Of a stretch of 41,292 bases of DNA, positions 27,680 to 38,890 are shown piece after piece. The notes under the pieces are model-generated. The model did no database searches. It was given only the letters and a program-made list of their open reading frames with translations, and was not told the DNA's origin. The DNA comes from a virus (lineage: Duplodnaviria; Heunggongvirae; Uroviricota; Caudoviricetes): positions 1 through 41,292 of the IMG/VR virus record IMGVR_UViG_2718217795_000002. One strand, given 5' to 3'. Made by a program: the position numbers and the translations under genes. Each line of letters opens with the position of its first letter. Positions within the stretch are counted from its first letter, which is position 1.

Positions 27680-29507
27680 ATTTGAGCTTAAGGCGTTGAT
27701 CACCGGTGTCGACAGGCTTTCTCCCGCGCTGTCGAAAATGCAAAAGAAAATCCGGGGATTTAAACGCCAGGCGGAAGAAGCGTCACAGGGTGGGCTGGCG
27801 CTTGGTGGCGGACTGGCTGCGGGTCTGACGCTTTCCCTGAAATCTTATGCCGATCAGGAAAACGCCGCCACCGGGCTGAAAGTCGCCATGATGGATGCGA
27901 ACGGCGAGGTTGGAAAGAGCTTTCAGGACATCAATAAACTGGCTATTGGCCTGGGTAACCAGCTACCCGGTACAACGGCTGATTTCCAGAACATGATGCA
28001 GATGCTGGTGCGTCAGGGGATCCCGGCAGAAAACATTCTTGGTGGTGTGGGTAAAGCGACAGCTTATCTTGCGGTACAACTGAAAAAAACACCGGAAGCG
28101 GCTGCTGAGTTTGCCGCAAAGATGCAGGATGCTACCGGAACGGCCTCAGAAGACATGATGGGGCTGTTCGACACAATTCAGAAGGCGTTTTATCTGGGCG
28201 TGGACGATACCAACATGTTGTCCTTCTTCACTAAAACCAGCTCTGTTCTGAAGATGGTGAACAAGGACGGTCTTCAGGCTGCACAGAGCCTTGCCCCCAT
28301 CAGCGTCATGATGGATCAGATGGGGATGAACGGGGAGTCGGCAGGTAACGCCCTGCGAAAAGTTATCCAGTCCGGATTAAGCGTTAAGAAAATCAGGGAC
28401 GTCAATAAAATCATGGCCCGCCAGAAACTCGGGGTACAGCTCGATTTTACTGACGGCAAAGGGAGTTTTGGCGGTCTTGATAACATGTTCAGGCAACTGG
28501 CAAAGCTGCGAAAACTGACCGACGTTAAACGAACTGGTGTACTTAAGGCAATATTTGGTGATGATGCCGAAACCCTTCAGGTGGTCAATGCACTAATCGA
28601 TAAAGGAAAGGATGGCTACGATCAGATCCAGCAGAAGATGAATAAACAGGCCAGCCTGAATAAACGTGTTCAGGCACAGCTTGGTACGCTGTCCAACCTG
28701 TGGGAGGCAATGACGGGGACCGCAACTAACGGCCTTGCGGCTATTGGCGGCGCATTTTCTGGTGACGCTAAAAATATCACGCAATGGCTGGGGGAGTTAG
28801 GGGAAAAATTCACGAAGTTTGCGGATGAAAATCCCCGGGTTATTCGCGGCGTCGTCGGGCTTGCTGCCGGTCTTGCGATTCTGAAACTGGGATTGATGGG
28901 CGTGGGCAGTGCCATCAGTATTGTCAGCAGGATCATGTCGATGACGCCGATTGGCATGATTGCGACGGCGATAGCCCTGGCTGCGGGATTAATTATCACT
29001 AACTGGGATGTTGTCGGACCTTATTTTAAGAAACTCTGGGAAACCATTGGTCCTTATTTTGAGGCTGGCTGGGAACTCCTTAAGAAAGTTTTTGCCTGGT
29101 CGCCGCTGGGGATGGTGATCAATAACTGGGGGCCGGTTGTAAAGTGGTTTCAGGATATGTGGGATAAGCTGAAGCCAATTATTGAGTGGCTTACCGACAG
29201 TTCCGGTGACACGGTCGATGCCATTAACTCGGCGCAGTGGGGTGCGGGTGCTTATGATGCTTATGGGACGGGAATACCGGCGCGGGGATACACACCTTAT
29301 CCGGCGGTGGATCCGGCTCAGTCAAACAACGCCTCTAATGCCACAGGCCCGAATCCCTTCATGATTAACAAAGCTTCTGCGCCAAAAGTTGATGGTGAGA
29401 TCAAGGTATCTTTTGTGAATTCGCCTCCGGGTATGCGGGTTATGGAAACGCGATCCAGCGGTTTTGATGTCAGCCATGATGTTGGCTATACGCGCTTTGG
29501 CAGGTAA
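27672..29507 (+). CDS. Tail tape measure protein, 611 aa
   Basis: AGGAG SD; long alpha-helical protein with a hydrophobic internal segment; position. Confidence 0.9.
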   Translation: MAEFELKALITGVDRLSPALSKMQKKIRGFKRQAEEASQGGLALGGGLAAGLTLSLKSYADQENAATGLKVAMMDANGEVGKSFQDINKLAIGLGNQLPGTTADFQNMMQMLVRQGIPAENILGGVGKATAYLAVQLKKTPEAAAEFAAKMQDATGTASEDMMGLFDTIQKAFYLGVDDTNMLSFFTKTSSVLKMVNKDGLQAAQSLAPISVMMDQMGMNGESAGNALRKVIQSGLSVKKIRDVNKIMARQKLGVQLDFTDGKGSFGGLDNMFRQLAKLRKLTDVKRTGVLKAIFGDDAETLQVVNALIDKGKDGYDQIQQKMNKQASLNKRVQAQLGTLSNLWEAMTGTATNGLAAIGGAFSGDAKNITQWLGELGEKFTKFADENPRVIRGVVGLAAGLAILKLGLMGVGSAISIVSRIMSMTPIGMIATAIALAAGLIITNWDVVGPYFKKLWETIGPYFEAGWELLKKVFAWSPLGMVINNWGPVVKWFQDMWDKLKPIIEWLTDSSGDTVDAINSAQWGAGAYDAYGTGIPARGYTPYPAVDPAQSNNASNATGPNPFMINKASAPKVDGEIKVSFVNSPPGMRVMETRSSGFDVSHDVGYTRFGR

Positions 29508-29567
29508 TGAAAAATTAATCTGTTAATGAGTCCCACTCCGGTGGGATTTTTTATGTACGGAGTTTAT

Positions 29568-30896
29568 ATGACGTGGAAAGACAGACTTCAGGACGCGTCA
29601 TTTCGCGGTGTGCCGTTTAAGGTTGAAGAAGAAAGTGCGGGAACCGGCCGTCGTGTGGAAACGCACGAATACCCGAACCGCGACAAACCCTATACCGAGG
29701 ACCTGGGGAAAATCACTTTCCGCCCGTCCATCACGGCTTATGTGGTGGGAGATGACTGCTTTGACCAGCGCGATCGCCTGATTGACGCGCTGAATAAACC
29801 CGGTCCCGGCACGCTTGTCCATCCGACTTACGGTGAGCTGAAAGTCTGTGTTGACGGGGAAGTTCGGGTCAGCACATCGAAGAGTGAAGGGCGTATTGTC
29901 CGTTTTGACCTGAAGTTTGTCGAAGCAGGAGAACTCTCTTACCCCACATCAGGTGCGGCGACGGCGCAGACGCTGATGTCATCCTGTTCTGCACTGGATG
30001 ACTGCATCAGTGACAGCTTCAGCGGTTTCAGTATCGATGGCGTGGCGGATTTCGTGCAGAACGACGTCGTTGGTAATGTCAGCACAATGCTTGGGTATGT
30101 TTCTGATGCGATGAAAGTGGTGGATTCTGCCGTATCGGATGCCGCCAGGCTGTTGCAGGGGGATATCTCGGTACTTCTGCCGCCGCCATCGTCAGGCAAA
30201 AATTTCGTTGAGCAGGTGCAGAAAATGTGGCGTACCGGGAAACGCCTTTATGGTAACGCCAGCGACCTGGTCACCATGATCAAAACGCTTTCCGGTGTCA
30301 GCCTCGGCAGCGATCTGCAACCGCGCGGCGTCTGGAAAACGGACAGTAAAACCACCGCCACGGCGACGCAGCAGCGTAACGTGGTTGCCAGCACCCTTCG
30401 TACGACCGCAATCAGCGAAGCGGCGTATGCCGTCACCCGATTGCCTGCGCCAACAACTTCCGCGGTGATGCAGAATTCCTCAGTGGGGCAGGCTACAACA
30501 CCTGCGCAGAGCACTGGCTGGCCTTCCGTCACGCATCCGGCACTGAACAATGCACCGGCGGTGAAAAACAAGGTTGACCTGCCGACGTGGGAAGAACTGA
30601 CTGACATTCGCGACACACTGAATACGGCAATTGATAAGGAGTTGTCCCGTACAACCAGTGATGCGCTGTTTCTGGCGCTGCGCCGGGTGAAAGCAGATCT
30701 GAATGCGGATATCAACACGCGCCTTGAACAGTCTGCACGGATCATTCAGCGCACACCGGATGAGGTTTTACCCGCGCTGGTGCTGGCGGCGACCTGGTTT
30801 GATAACGCGGCGCGTGACGCGGACATTATCCGGCGTAATGCCATTACGCATCCCGGCTTTGTGCCGGTGATCCCTCTGAAGGTGCCAGTGCAATGA
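29568..30896 (+). CDS. DNA circularisation protein N-like tail protein (Mu gp43-like), about 442 aa
   Basis: Mu gp43-family N-terminus (MTWKDRLQDASFRGVPF); start set at ATG 29568 with GGAG SD (track 29526). Confidence 0.8.
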   Translation: MTWKDRLQDASFRGVPFKVEEESAGTGRRVETHEYPNRDKPYTEDLGKITFRPSITAYVVGDDCFDQRDRLIDALNKPGPGTLVHPTYGELKVCVDGEVRVSTSKSEGRIVRFDLKFVEAGELSYPTSGAATAQTLMSSCSALDDCISDSFSGFSIDGVADFVQNDVVGNVSTMLGYVSDAMKVVDSAVSDAARLLQGDISVLLPPPSSGKNFVEQVQKMWRTGKRLYGNASDLVTMIKTLSGVSLGSDLQPRGVWKTDSKTTATATQQRNVVASTLRTTAISEAAYAVTRLPAPTTSAVMQNSSVGQATTPAQSTGWPSVTHPALNNAPAVKNKVDLPTWEELTDIRDTLNTAIDKELSRTTSDALFLALRRVKADLNADINTRLEQSARIIQRTPDEVLPALVLAATWFDNAARDADIIRRNAITHPGFVPVIPLKVPVQ

Positions 30897-31972
30897 ACGA
30901 CAATGTCACGCTACGGGTAAATGGCCGGGAGTGGAATGGCTGGACATCGGTGCGCATCGGTGCCGGTATTGAACGGCTGGCGCGGGATTTCAGTGTGGAG
31001 ATCACCCGCCAGTGGCCGGGAGATGAGGGTATCACCACGCTTCAGCCGCGCATTAAAAACGGTTCAAAAGTGGAAGTGCTGATTGGTGATGAGCTGGTGA
31101 TCACCGGCTGGGTGGAGGCGACGCCCGTTCGTTACGATGCCCGTTCGGTCAGCACCGGTATTGCCGGACGTAGTCTGACGGCTGACCTGATTGACTGTGC
31201 AGCCGAACCGACACAGTTTAACGGACGCTCGCTGGTGCAGATTGCGCAGGCGCTTGCTGCGCCTTTCGGCATTGAGGTGGTGAACAGCGGTGCGCCGTCG
31301 GGTGTTATTCCTGATGTTCAGCCTGATCACGGTGAAACGGTGATTGAGGTAATCAACAAAATACTCGGTCAGCAGCAGGCACTGGCTTACGACGACCCGC
31401 ACGGCAGGCTGGTGATTGGCGGTATTGGCTCAACGCGGGCACATACTGCGCTGGTACTCGGGGAAAACATCCTTTCCTGCGATACGGAGAAGAGTATCCG
31501 GGAGCGGTTTTCTGTTTACCAGGTGGCGGGGCAGCGTGCCGGAAACGACGATGATTTCGGTGAGGCCACCACCACCGCGCTGCGGGCCCGCACAGAGGAC
31601 GCATTTATTGCCCGTTACCGTCCGATGTATATCAGGCAGACAGGGCAGGCTACGGGGGCAGGCTGTATTGCGCGTGCTGACTTTGAAGCCCGGCAACGGG
31701 CGGCGCGGACGGATGAAACCACCTATGTGGTGCAGGGCTGGCGACAGGGTAACGGTACGCTGTGGCAGCCCAACCAGCGGGTGATTGTCTTTGATCCGGT
31801 CTGTGGTTTCGACAATACCGAACTGCTTGTTTCGGAAGTCACGTTTACTCAGGACCAGAACGGCACCCTGACGGAAATCCGTGTCGGCCCACCTGATGCT
31901 TATCTGCCTGAACCCGAAGCCCCCGGCGCGCGGAAAAAGAAAAAAGCCAGAGTACAGGAGGACCCGTTCTGA
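30893..31972 (+). CDS. Baseplate hub / tail protein P (Mu gp44-like), 359 aa
   Basis: ATGA coupling; Mu P-like similarity. Confidence 0.8.
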   Translation: MNDNVTLRVNGREWNGWTSVRIGAGIERLARDFSVEITRQWPGDEGITTLQPRIKNGSKVEVLIGDELVITGWVEATPVRYDARSVSTGIAGRSLTADLIDCAAEPTQFNGRSLVQIAQALAAPFGIEVVNSGAPSGVIPDVQPDHGETVIEVINKILGQQQALAYDDPHGRLVIGGIGSTRAHTALVLGENILSCDTEKSIRERFSVYQVAGQRAGNDDDFGEATTTALRARTEDAFIARYRPMYIRQTGQATGAGCIARADFEARQRAARTDETTYVVQGWRQGNGTLWQPNQRVIVFDPVCGFDNTELLVSEVTFTQDQNGTLTEIRVGPPDAYLPEPEAPGARKKKKARVQEDPF

Positions 31973-32520
31973 TGAGGACGATTGAAGCCATGCAGCGACA
32001 ACTCCTCGGCCTGATTGGGCGGGCAGTGGTGAAAAGCATCAGTGCCGCCACGAAATGTCAGACCGTGGATGTGTCCCTGATTGCCGGTGAACCCAAAGCC
32101 GGGGTTGAACATCTTGAACCCTACGGTTTTACCGCAAGGGCAAACAGCGGTGCGGAAGCGGTGGTGTTGTTTCCGGATGGCGACCGTTCTCATGCGGTGG
32201 TTGTTACGGTGTCGGACCGGCGCTACCGCCTGAAAGGGCTGCAGACGGGTGAGGTGGCTGTCTATGACGATCAGGGGCAGTCTGTGACGCTGACCCGGGA
32301 GGGGATCGTGGTGGACGGTGCAGGTAAAACGATCACGTTTCGCAATGCGCCCAGAGCACGTTTTGAAATGGACCTGGAAGTGACCGGACAGGTGAAAGAC
32401 CTGTGCGACTCCGGCGGTACCACCATGTCAGCGATGCGGCTTGCCTATAACGGGCATCGTCACAGAGAGAACGGTCAGGGCAGTAACACCGACAAACCGG
32501 ATAAAGCGATGGAGGCATGA
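31972..32520 (+). CDS. Baseplate assembly protein V / spike (Mu gp45-like), 182 aa
   Basis: Position and family similarity. Confidence 0.8.
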   Translation: MRTIEAMQRQLLGLIGRAVVKSISAATKCQTVDVSLIAGEPKAGVEHLEPYGFTARANSGAEAVVLFPDGDRSHAVVVTVSDRRYRLKGLQTGEVAVYDDQGQSVTLTREGIVVDGAGKTITFRNAPRARFEMDLEVTGQVKDLCDSGGTTMSAMRLAYNGHRHRENGQGSNTDKPDKAMEA

Positions 32521-32945
32521 TGGAACTGTGGCTGACGGTGAACGGTAAACGCACCTGCGCCAGCGCACCGCTGGATCCGCTGACCCGCGCCGTGGTGATT
32601 TCCCTGTTTACCTGGCGGCGGGCGGAGCCTGATGACAACGCCGACGTCCCGATGGGATGGTGGGGGGATACCTGGCCTGCGGTACAGAATGACCGTTACG
32701 GCTCCCGACTGTGGCTGCTTCAGCGCAGCAAACTGACCAATCAGCTGGTGCAGACGGTAAGGGGATATATCCGCGAATGCCTGCAATGGATGATTGATGA
32801 CGGCGTGGTGTCCCGTATTGATCTGGATATCCGCCGCACCGGGATTAATGAGCTGGGTAACAGTATCACCCTCTGGCGTCGTGATGGACCAGTAATGATT
32901 TCTTTTGATGATCTGTGGAGTGCGATAACGCATGGCGGACAGTGA
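32517..32945 (+). CDS. Baseplate protein (Mu gp46-like), 142 aa
   Basis: ATGA coupling; conserved position. Confidence 0.75.
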   Translation: MMELWLTVNGKRTCASAPLDPLTRAVVISLFTWRRAEPDDNADVPMGWWGDTWPAVQNDRYGSRLWLLQRSKLTNQLVQTVRGYIRECLQWMIDDGVVSRIDLDIRRTGINELGNSITLWRRDGPVMISFDDLWSAITHGGQ

Positions 32946-33990
32946 ATTTCAGCGCCCGACGCTGGCAGAAAATATCAGTATGCTCCGTAACGATTTATTC
33001 GCCAGGCTGGACGTCAGCGACACGCTCCGGCGCATGGATGAAGACGTGCGGGCAAAGGTGTATGCGGCGGCGCTGCATACGGTTTACGGGTACATCGATT
33101 ATCTGGCAATGAATATGCTGCCTGACCTGTGCGATGAGTCCTGGCTGGCGCGACATGCTGCGATGAAACGGTGTCCGCGCAAGGGGGCCACGGCTGCCAG
33201 CGGGTATATGCGCTGGGAAGGTGTCAGCGATGGCCTGAAGGTGACTGCCGGGAGCGTGATTCAGCGCGATGACCTGGTTCAGTACACGGCAACTGCCGAT
33301 GCAACCAGCTCCGGTGGTGTCCTGCGTGTGCCGATCACTTGCTCAACTACAGGCGCGGTCGGTAACGCTGACGACGGTACGGCATTAATCCTGGTCACGC
33401 CGGTGAATGGTCTGCCGTCTTCCGGTGTTGCAGATACCCTGACTGGCGGATTCGATACTGAAGATCTGGAAACGTGGCGCGCCCGCGTCATTGAGCGGTA
33501 TTACTGGACGCCGCAGGGCGGGGCTGACGGGGACTATGTCGTCTGGGCTAAAGAAGTGCCCGGCATTACCCGCGCATGGACATACCGTCACTGGATGGGA
33601 ACGGGAACTGTCGGTGTGATGATTGCCAGCAGTGACCTGATTAATCCCATTCCGGAAGAATCAACGGAAACGGCGGCAAGACAACATATCGGGCCACTGG
33701 CCCCGGTGGCAGGCTCTGATTTGTATGTGTTCAGGCCGGTGGCGCATAAAGTGGATTTTCATATCCGCGTGACGCCGGACACACCGGAAATACGGGCTGC
33801 CATCACCGCGGAGTTGCGTTCGTTCCTGCTGCGTGATGGTTATCCGCAGGGAGAACTGAAGGTGTCGCGTATCAGTGAGGCGATTTCCGGTGCGAACGGG
33901 GAATACAGCCATCAGTTGCTTGCACCGGCAGACAATATCTCCATTGCAAAAAATGAACTGGCGGTTCTGGGGACGATTTCATGGACGTGA
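32932..33990 (+). CDS. Baseplate J-like protein (Mu gp47-like), 352 aa
   Basis: Baseplate J family similarity. Confidence 0.85.
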   Translation: MADSEFQRPTLAENISMLRNDLFARLDVSDTLRRMDEDVRAKVYAAALHTVYGYIDYLAMNMLPDLCDESWLARHAAMKRCPRKGATAASGYMRWEGVSDGLKVTAGSVIQRDDLVQYTATADATSSGGVLRVPITCSTTGAVGNADDGTALILVTPVNGLPSSGVADTLTGGFDTEDLETWRARVIERYYWTPQGGADGDYVVWAKEVPGITRAWTYRHWMGTGTVGVMIASSDLINPIPEESTETAARQHIGPLAPVAGSDLYVFRPVAHKVDFHIRVTPDTPEIRAAITAELRSFLLRDGYPQGELKVSRISEAISGANGEYSHQLLAPADNISIAKNELAVLGTISWT

Positions 33991-34565
33991 CAAACGATGA
34001 TTACATCCGTCTGTTGTCGGCACTGTTGCCACCCGGTCCGGCGTGGTCAGCCAGAGATCCGGCGATTGCCGGTGCGGCACCGTCATTAACCCGCGTTCAT
34101 CAGCGTGCGGATGCCCTGATGCGGGAGCTGGATCCGCGCACCACCACTGAACTGATAAACCGCTGGGAGCGTCTGTGCGGTCTGCCGGATGAATGTATTC
34201 CCGCAGGGACACAGACCCTTCGCCAGCGTCAGCAACGGCTGGATGCGAAGGTTAATCTGGCGGGCGGCATCAATGAGGATTTTTACCTTGCACAGCTTGC
34301 TGCCATGGGCAGACCAGACGCCACTATCACGCGATACGATAAAAGCACGTTCACCTGCTCATCGGCCTGTACTGACGCGGTGAATGCGCCGGAATGGCGG
34401 TATTACTGGCAGGTCAACATGCCAGCCGCCACCAACACCACCTGGATGACATGTGGCGATCCCTGTGATTCCGCACTGCGTATCTGGGGCGACACCGTTG
34501 TCGAGTGCGTGCTTAACAAACTCTGCCCGTCGCATACCTACGTAATTTTTAAATATCCGGAGTAA
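33981..34565 (+). CDS. Tail protein (Mu gp48-like, DUF2313), 194 aa
   Basis: Position and family similarity. Confidence 0.75.
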   Translation: MDVTNDDYIRLLSALLPPGPAWSARDPAIAGAAPSLTRVHQRADALMRELDPRTTTELINRWERLCGLPDECIPAGTQTLRQRQQRLDAKVNLAGGINEDFYLAQLAAMGRPDATITRYDKSTFTCSSACTDAVNAPEWRYYWQVNMPAATNTTWMTCGDPCDSALRIWGDTVVECVLNKLCPSHTYVIFKYPE

Positions 34566-34568
34566 TCC

Positions 34569-35540
34569 ATGCATCGTATAGACACGAAAACCGCGCAGAA
34601 GGATAAGTTCGGCGCGGGTAAGAACGGTTTTACCCGTGGTAACCCCCAGACCGGCACACCTGCCACCGATCTGGATGATGACTACTTTGACATGTTGCAG
34701 GAGGAGCTTTGCAGCGTTGTGGAGGCCTCCGGTGCCAGCCTGGAGAAAGGGCGGCACGACCAGTTGCTTACCGCGCTTCGTGCGCTGCTGTTAAGCCGCA
34801 AAAATCCGTTTGGCGATATCAAATCGGATGGCACGGTGAAAACGGCTCTCGAAAACCTTGATTTGGGAGATGAGAGCGGATACGTTGGCCGCCTGCTGAA
34901 CGTGCAGACTTTCTACACAAGCGGAACCTACACGCCTACAGCCGGCACGAAAAAAGTAATCGTTGAAATGGTTGGCGGCGGCGGTGGCGGCGCTGGAGCG
35001 CGCGCCGCAGGACCTGGCCAGGTAGCCGTTGGTGGTGCCGGAGGTGCTGGCTCGTATGCAAAAGCTCAGTTTACTTCTGGTTTTAGCGGCGTAAACGTAA
35101 TTGTTGGCTCAGGAGGGATGGGTGGCACTACATCTAATCCTTACGCAAGCAGCGGTGGCACTTCGTCTTTCGGCAATCTTGTTTCAGCTGCTGGGGGAGA
35201 TTCTGGCAAACCAGCCGGGCCGTCAGGCTCTTTCCCCTTCTCAACTGTGGCGGCAACTGTTTCAGCTTCGCCTTCAGGATCGGGTGTAATTGTCGGAACT
35301 CCCGGTGAAGGCGCAGCATCGTCCATTGCTTTGAGTGCTGGAGTTTCGATTTCTTCTCCCGGTGGATCGTCACGCTTTGGCGCGGGAGGATTCATTACTG
35401 CTTATGGTGCCAATGGTATTGATGGTGCAGGTTATGGCGCTGGCGGTGGACCTGTTGCGACGTCAACAGGCACGCCTAATACTGCTCTGGCAGGTGGTAA
35501 CGGATCTATGGGTATTGTGATTGTTTGGGAGTATGCATAA
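34569..35540 (+). CDS. Tail fibre protein with glycine-rich C-terminal region, 323 aa
   Basis: Conserved N-terminus [22 protein letters not shown]; Gly-rich C-terminal half; followed by tfa. Confidence 0.8.
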   Translation: MHRIDTKTAQKDKFGAGKNGFTRGNPQTGTPATDLDDDYFDMLQEELCSVVEASGASLEKGRHDQLLTALRALLLSRKNPFGDIKSDGTVKTALENLDLGDESGYVGRLLNVQTFYTSGTYTPTAGTKKVIVEMVGGGGGGAGARAAGPGQVAVGGAGGAGSYAKAQFTSGFSGVNVIVGSGGMGGTTSNPYASSGGTSSFGNLVSAAGGDSGKPAGPSGSFPFSTVAATVSASPSGSGVIVGTPGEGAASSIALSAGVSISSPGGSSRFGAGGFITAYGANGIDGAGYGAGGGPVATSTGTPNTALAGGNGSMGIVIVWEYA

Positions 35541-35941
35541 TGGAAGCTGAAGACTACGCAGTAATTGATGGTGATGGAAATATTGTGAATGTTATCGTTT
35601 GGGATGGCGTCACAGAATGGGAACCACCTGAAGGTACTCAGGCAGTAAGGTGCGGTGATAACCTTTACGGGATTGGCGGAACATATAAAGACGGGGTATT
35701 CACCTTTCCTCCGGCGCCAGAGGTACCAAAAGAGGATTTAATTAATCAGGCAGAACAGCAAAAGGCCAACCTGATAGCCGAAGCAAGCCAGACGATCTCC
35801 ATACTTCAGGATGCGATCGACCTAGACATGGCGACAGATGAAGAAAGAACACAGTTAACTACACTGAAAAAATATCGCGTGCTTTTAAGCCGGGTTGATA
35901 CTTCCAAGGCGCCTGATATTGACTGGCCGACAGCCATATAA
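35540..35941 (+). CDS. Tail fibre assembly protein, about 133 aa
   Basis: Start ATG 35540 overlapping tail-fibre stop; Tfa-like C-terminal region. Confidence 0.75.
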   Translation: MEAEDYAVIDGDGNIVNVIVWDGVTEWEPPEGTQAVRCGDNLYGIGGTYKDGVFTFPPAPEVPKEDLINQAEQQKANLIAEASQTISILQDAIDLDMATDEERTQLTTLKKYRVLLSRVDTSKAPDIDWPTAI

Positions 35942-35947
35942 ATTTCA

Positions 35948-35965
35948 CCCCGGCTTAAGCCGGGG
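35948..35965. terminator. 18-bp perfect palindrome ccccggcttaagccgggg between convergent tfa and gtrC; possible bidirectional terminator
   Basis: Perfect palindrome at the convergence point; no clear T-run on either strand. Confidence 0.35.
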
Positions 35966-35970
35966 CATCC

Positions 35971-37443
35971 TCAGCACTTAGTTCTTAGAAAATCAATGAT
36001 CAGAATATCATTGAATGAGTAAAGTGAGTAAATGCTTCCCTTGGTGATCAGGGTGCTTTTACATATCATATTTTTCTTTTCACTTCCTAATACTTTGAAC
36101 TCTAAATTCATTCCATAGTGATTTAGAAGTTCCGCTCCCCAAACCCAGTCATAACTCAAGTAAACAGGAACGAGCTTTGACATAAGCGGTAGTTTATTTT
36201 CCGCCATGAGCAATTGCCTTGACTTAGGCATTTCTCCATTAACAGTAACGTATTTGAGGCTAAATTCATGGTGAGATGTTTCCTGAAATACGGAGGTGGC
36301 TATTATCTCATCAGTTATGGACTGGCTCTTGGACGCATTGGAAAAAGAGTAACTGTAAACAAAGCTAATCCAAACTAACGGAGCGAAAATAAAAGTCAAA
36401 ATTACAGGGCTTTTTATATTTCGCAGCATCAGGAAAGCATAAAACATAGCTGCACCAGAAAAAGAGAGAAGAACCCTTGGTGCAAAAACTGGGCTTTTAA
36501 GTATTGCCATAGGTGCTATTGAAAATACCAGAACTAAAAAGGGTGATAATATCAGGATTAAAAGAGCTATAGCATTATCTTTTGAGCCTATCTTATAGAT
36601 TTCATAAGCCATTTTAATTGTTGAATATGCAATTGCTGAGGGGATTAAAACCCTTAATGCGACAGGCATGCTATGAAAATAGCTATTCAAAAACCATAGG
36701 AAGCTTTTGATGTTCTCAATAAGCACCGATAAGGATTCATGGCTTAACTTAATAACTTCAGAGTGAGTTATGTTATAGTAATCCTTAACGAAGTAAGAAG
36801 ATATAAATGTCTTATATATCAGGAAGGCTATAAACAGCTGCATTACCCTTCTTGCTATCATTGAAGCAATATGTTTGTTGCCTTTGTTCGAAGCCGTAAT
36901 AGATTCAATCAAAGCCAGAATAGCAAACAGACCTATTGATGCCTGATAAAGAGAAAGAGATCCTATAATCATAAGAATAGAAAATAGGTCGCTTATGTAT
37001 CGCCTGCTGGCAACTGAGTATGGAATTAGCAGTAACACCATGCTCAAAGCCATTGTTAAAGAGTCAAATCTGTATGAAAGGTTCTCAATGTAGAATGGAT
37101 TTGCTATGAACAGAAAGCATATAACAAGCGATCCTATAAAGCTAATTTCGCCAAAAAATTTTGCAGCATAATAATACAGGGCAATGCAAAGTATCAAAAC
37201 ACTTAATATTTGATTGAGTGGTGACAAGTCTAGCAGTTCACCGCCTAAGCTCATAGACTGCATTATTGCATCACTTAACGGCCTGCCGTTTAACCCCCAT
37301 CCGGAATATCCATACAGAGTCCGACCCAAGTCATCAATGTAGAGCCTGCCCGTTAAGATTATAGGCATCACATAAAGTGCAATCAAAGCACAGAAAAACA
37401 TGAAAGAGAATGTGCGCGGTTGCTTTTTAAAAATTGAAATCAT
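35971..37443 (-). CDS. Serotype-specific O-antigen glucosyltransferase (GtrC/Gtr-type-specific, polytopic membrane protein), about 490 aa
   Basis: Third gene of gtr cassette; many predicted TM helices; start set at ATG 37443, 7 nt after gtrB stop (track ORF extends to 37533 and overlaps gtrB). Confidence 0.8.
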   Translation of the reverse strand: MISIFKKQPRTFSFMFFCALIALYVMPIILTGRLYIDDLGRTLYGYSGWGLNGRPLSDAIMQSMSLGGELLDLSPLNQILSVLILCIALYYYAAKFFGEISFIGSLVICFLFIANPFYIENLSYRFDSLTMALSMVLLLIPYSVASRRYISDLFSILMIIGSLSLYQASIGLFAILALIESITASNKGNKHIASMIARRVMQLFIAFLIYKTFISSYFVKDYYNITHSEVIKLSHESLSVLIENIKSFLWFLNSYFHSMPVALRVLIPSAIAYSTIKMAYEIYKIGSKDNAIALLILILSPFLVLVFSIAPMAILKSPVFAPRVLLSFSGAAMFYAFLMLRNIKSPVILTFIFAPLVWISFVYSYSFSNASKSQSITDEIIATSVFQETSHHEFSLKYVTVNGEMPKSRQLLMAENKLPLMSKLVPVYLSYDWVWGAELLNHYGMNLEFKVLGSEKKNMICKSTLITKGSIYSLYSFNDILIIDFLRTKC

Positions 37444-37450
37444 ATAGATG

Positions 37451-38368
37451 TCATTCCTTTGACTTAGTAATGTATCTTGGTCTGTTCTTTGTTTCGATGT
37501 AAATGCGGCCAATGTATTCGCCGAGCACTCCAATACCTATCAGCTGAACGCCGCCAAGGAATAGCATCGATACCATTATCGATGTATATCCCTTCACCGG
37601 ATTGCCAAAACAAAGGGTATCCACAATCATGTATGCCCCATAAAAAAATGAGCAACCGGCTACGAAGAGACCGATATACGTCCACATTCTCAGCGGGAAG
37701 GTAGAAAAACTCGTTATCCCTTCAAGCGCCAGATTCCAAAGTTTCCAGCCATTAAACTTACTTTTTCCTGCGGCTCTTTCGGCTCTAACGTATTCAACCA
37801 CATCTGTCTTACCACCTACCCAGGATAGTATCCCCTTCATAAAAAGGTTTCTCTCAGGCAGCAGTTTGATGTGTTCGACAACTTCTCGGGACATAAGACG
37901 AAAATCGCCGACGTTCTCTTCAATTTGAGGATTACTGATTAAGTTGTGAAGATGGTAGAACCATTCAGCGCTTTTTCTCTTGAGGTAGCTATCGCAAGAC
38001 CTATCCATGCGCTTTGCCAGAACAACATCAGCCCCTTCTCGCCATTTCTCAATCATGCGCGGAATGACTTCCAGCGGGTCCTGAAGGTCCACGTCTATAG
38101 GTATTACCACCTCGCCGCTGGCCTCTGCTAGCCCAGCAAATAACGCAGCTTCTTTACCAAAGTTGCGAGTAAAGAATATGTTTTTGACCAGACTATCTTC
38201 CTGCGCCATCTCTTTCATCAGAACAGCAGTGAAGTCAGTGCTACCGTCATCTACAAAGACAATTTCAACCTCTTCCCCCTGGAAGGGCTGAAAATGACGG
38301 ATTTCCCTATAGAAAATGGTTATGGCGTCTTCTTCATTAAATACCGGAACGACAAGGGATATTTTCAT
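37451..38368 (-). CDS. gtrB: Bactoprenol glucosyltransferase GtrB (GT2 family), 305 aa
   Basis: [13 protein letters not shown]..., DDGSTD motif, two C-terminal TM helices. Confidence 0.95.
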   Translation of the reverse strand: MKISLVVPVFNEEDAITIFYREIRHFQPFQGEEVEIVFVDDGSTDFTAVLMKEMAQEDSLVKNIFFTRNFGKEAALFAGLAEASGEVVIPIDVDLQDPLEVIPRMIEKWREGADVVLAKRMDRSCDSYLKRKSAEWFYHLHNLISNPQIEENVGDFRLMSREVVEHIKLLPERNLFMKGILSWVGGKTDVVEYVRAERAAGKSKFNGWKLWNLALEGITSFSTFPLRMWTYIGLFVAGCSFFYGAYMIVDTLCFGNPVKGYTSIMVSMLFLGGVQLIGIGVLGEYIGRIYIETKNRPRYITKSKE

Positions 38369-38727
38369 CCTCTATCCTTGAAAACAATGTACTTTGAATA
38401 AATGAATCCACACACCATGCTGATGGCGGAGAAGGTGACAAGAGTGACAATTGGAGGAAGTGAACATCTATCAGCAGCCCATCCAACAGTAGCACTCAGT
38501 GTTCCCATGAACCCGACATATAACATGTAGCGCATCGTTGTAGTTGATGCTTTGAATGTGAATTTTGCATTCGCAAAGAAGCTAAAACTCACAGCCACAA
38601 CGAAACCTGCGAAGTTTGCCATAGCCTGATTGGTATGCGCGGCATAGATACATACACCAAAAACCACCCAGTGTATAAGTGTGTTCAGCACGCCAATCAA
38701 GGTGTACTTTGCAAATAGCTTTAACAT
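38365..38727 (-). CDS. gtrA: GtrA flippase-like membrane protein, 120 aa
   Basis: Small 4-TM protein upstream of and overlapping gtrB. Confidence 0.9.
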   Translation of the reverse strand: MLKLFAKYTLIGVLNTLIHWVVFGVCIYAAHTNQAMANFAGFVVAVSFSFFANAKFTFKASTTTMRYMLYVGFMGTLSATVGWAADRCSLPPIVTLVTFSAISMVCGFIYSKYIVFKDRG

Positions 38728-38890
38728 TTCTTCTATCAGCTAATAATCAAAAGCATGAAGTCTATCATCTAAGTCTCAATCGATCGATACTTGCTGTAGT
38801 TGATGAGACAAAACTCTGGCACACAAAGCTTTGCACTGGATTACAAGGCCATGTGTCAGATCAAGTCGCGACTAATACAGTTAAGGCGGA

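Noticed and set aside
30248-30745. 165-aa minus-strand ORF inside the Mu gp43-like gene
   Set aside because: Shadow ORF; Ala/Arg/Ser-rich composition
34960-35520. Gly-rich repetitive segment, considered as a possible tandem repeat or array
   Set aside because: It is the glycine-rich C-terminal part of the tail fibre CDS in frame; no spacer-repeat periodicity
38728-38890. Possible Dam/OxyR phase-variation switch in the gtr promoter
   Set aside because: Only three scattered GATC sites (38782, 38858, 38889) and no clear paired half-site arrangement, so not supported from sequence alone
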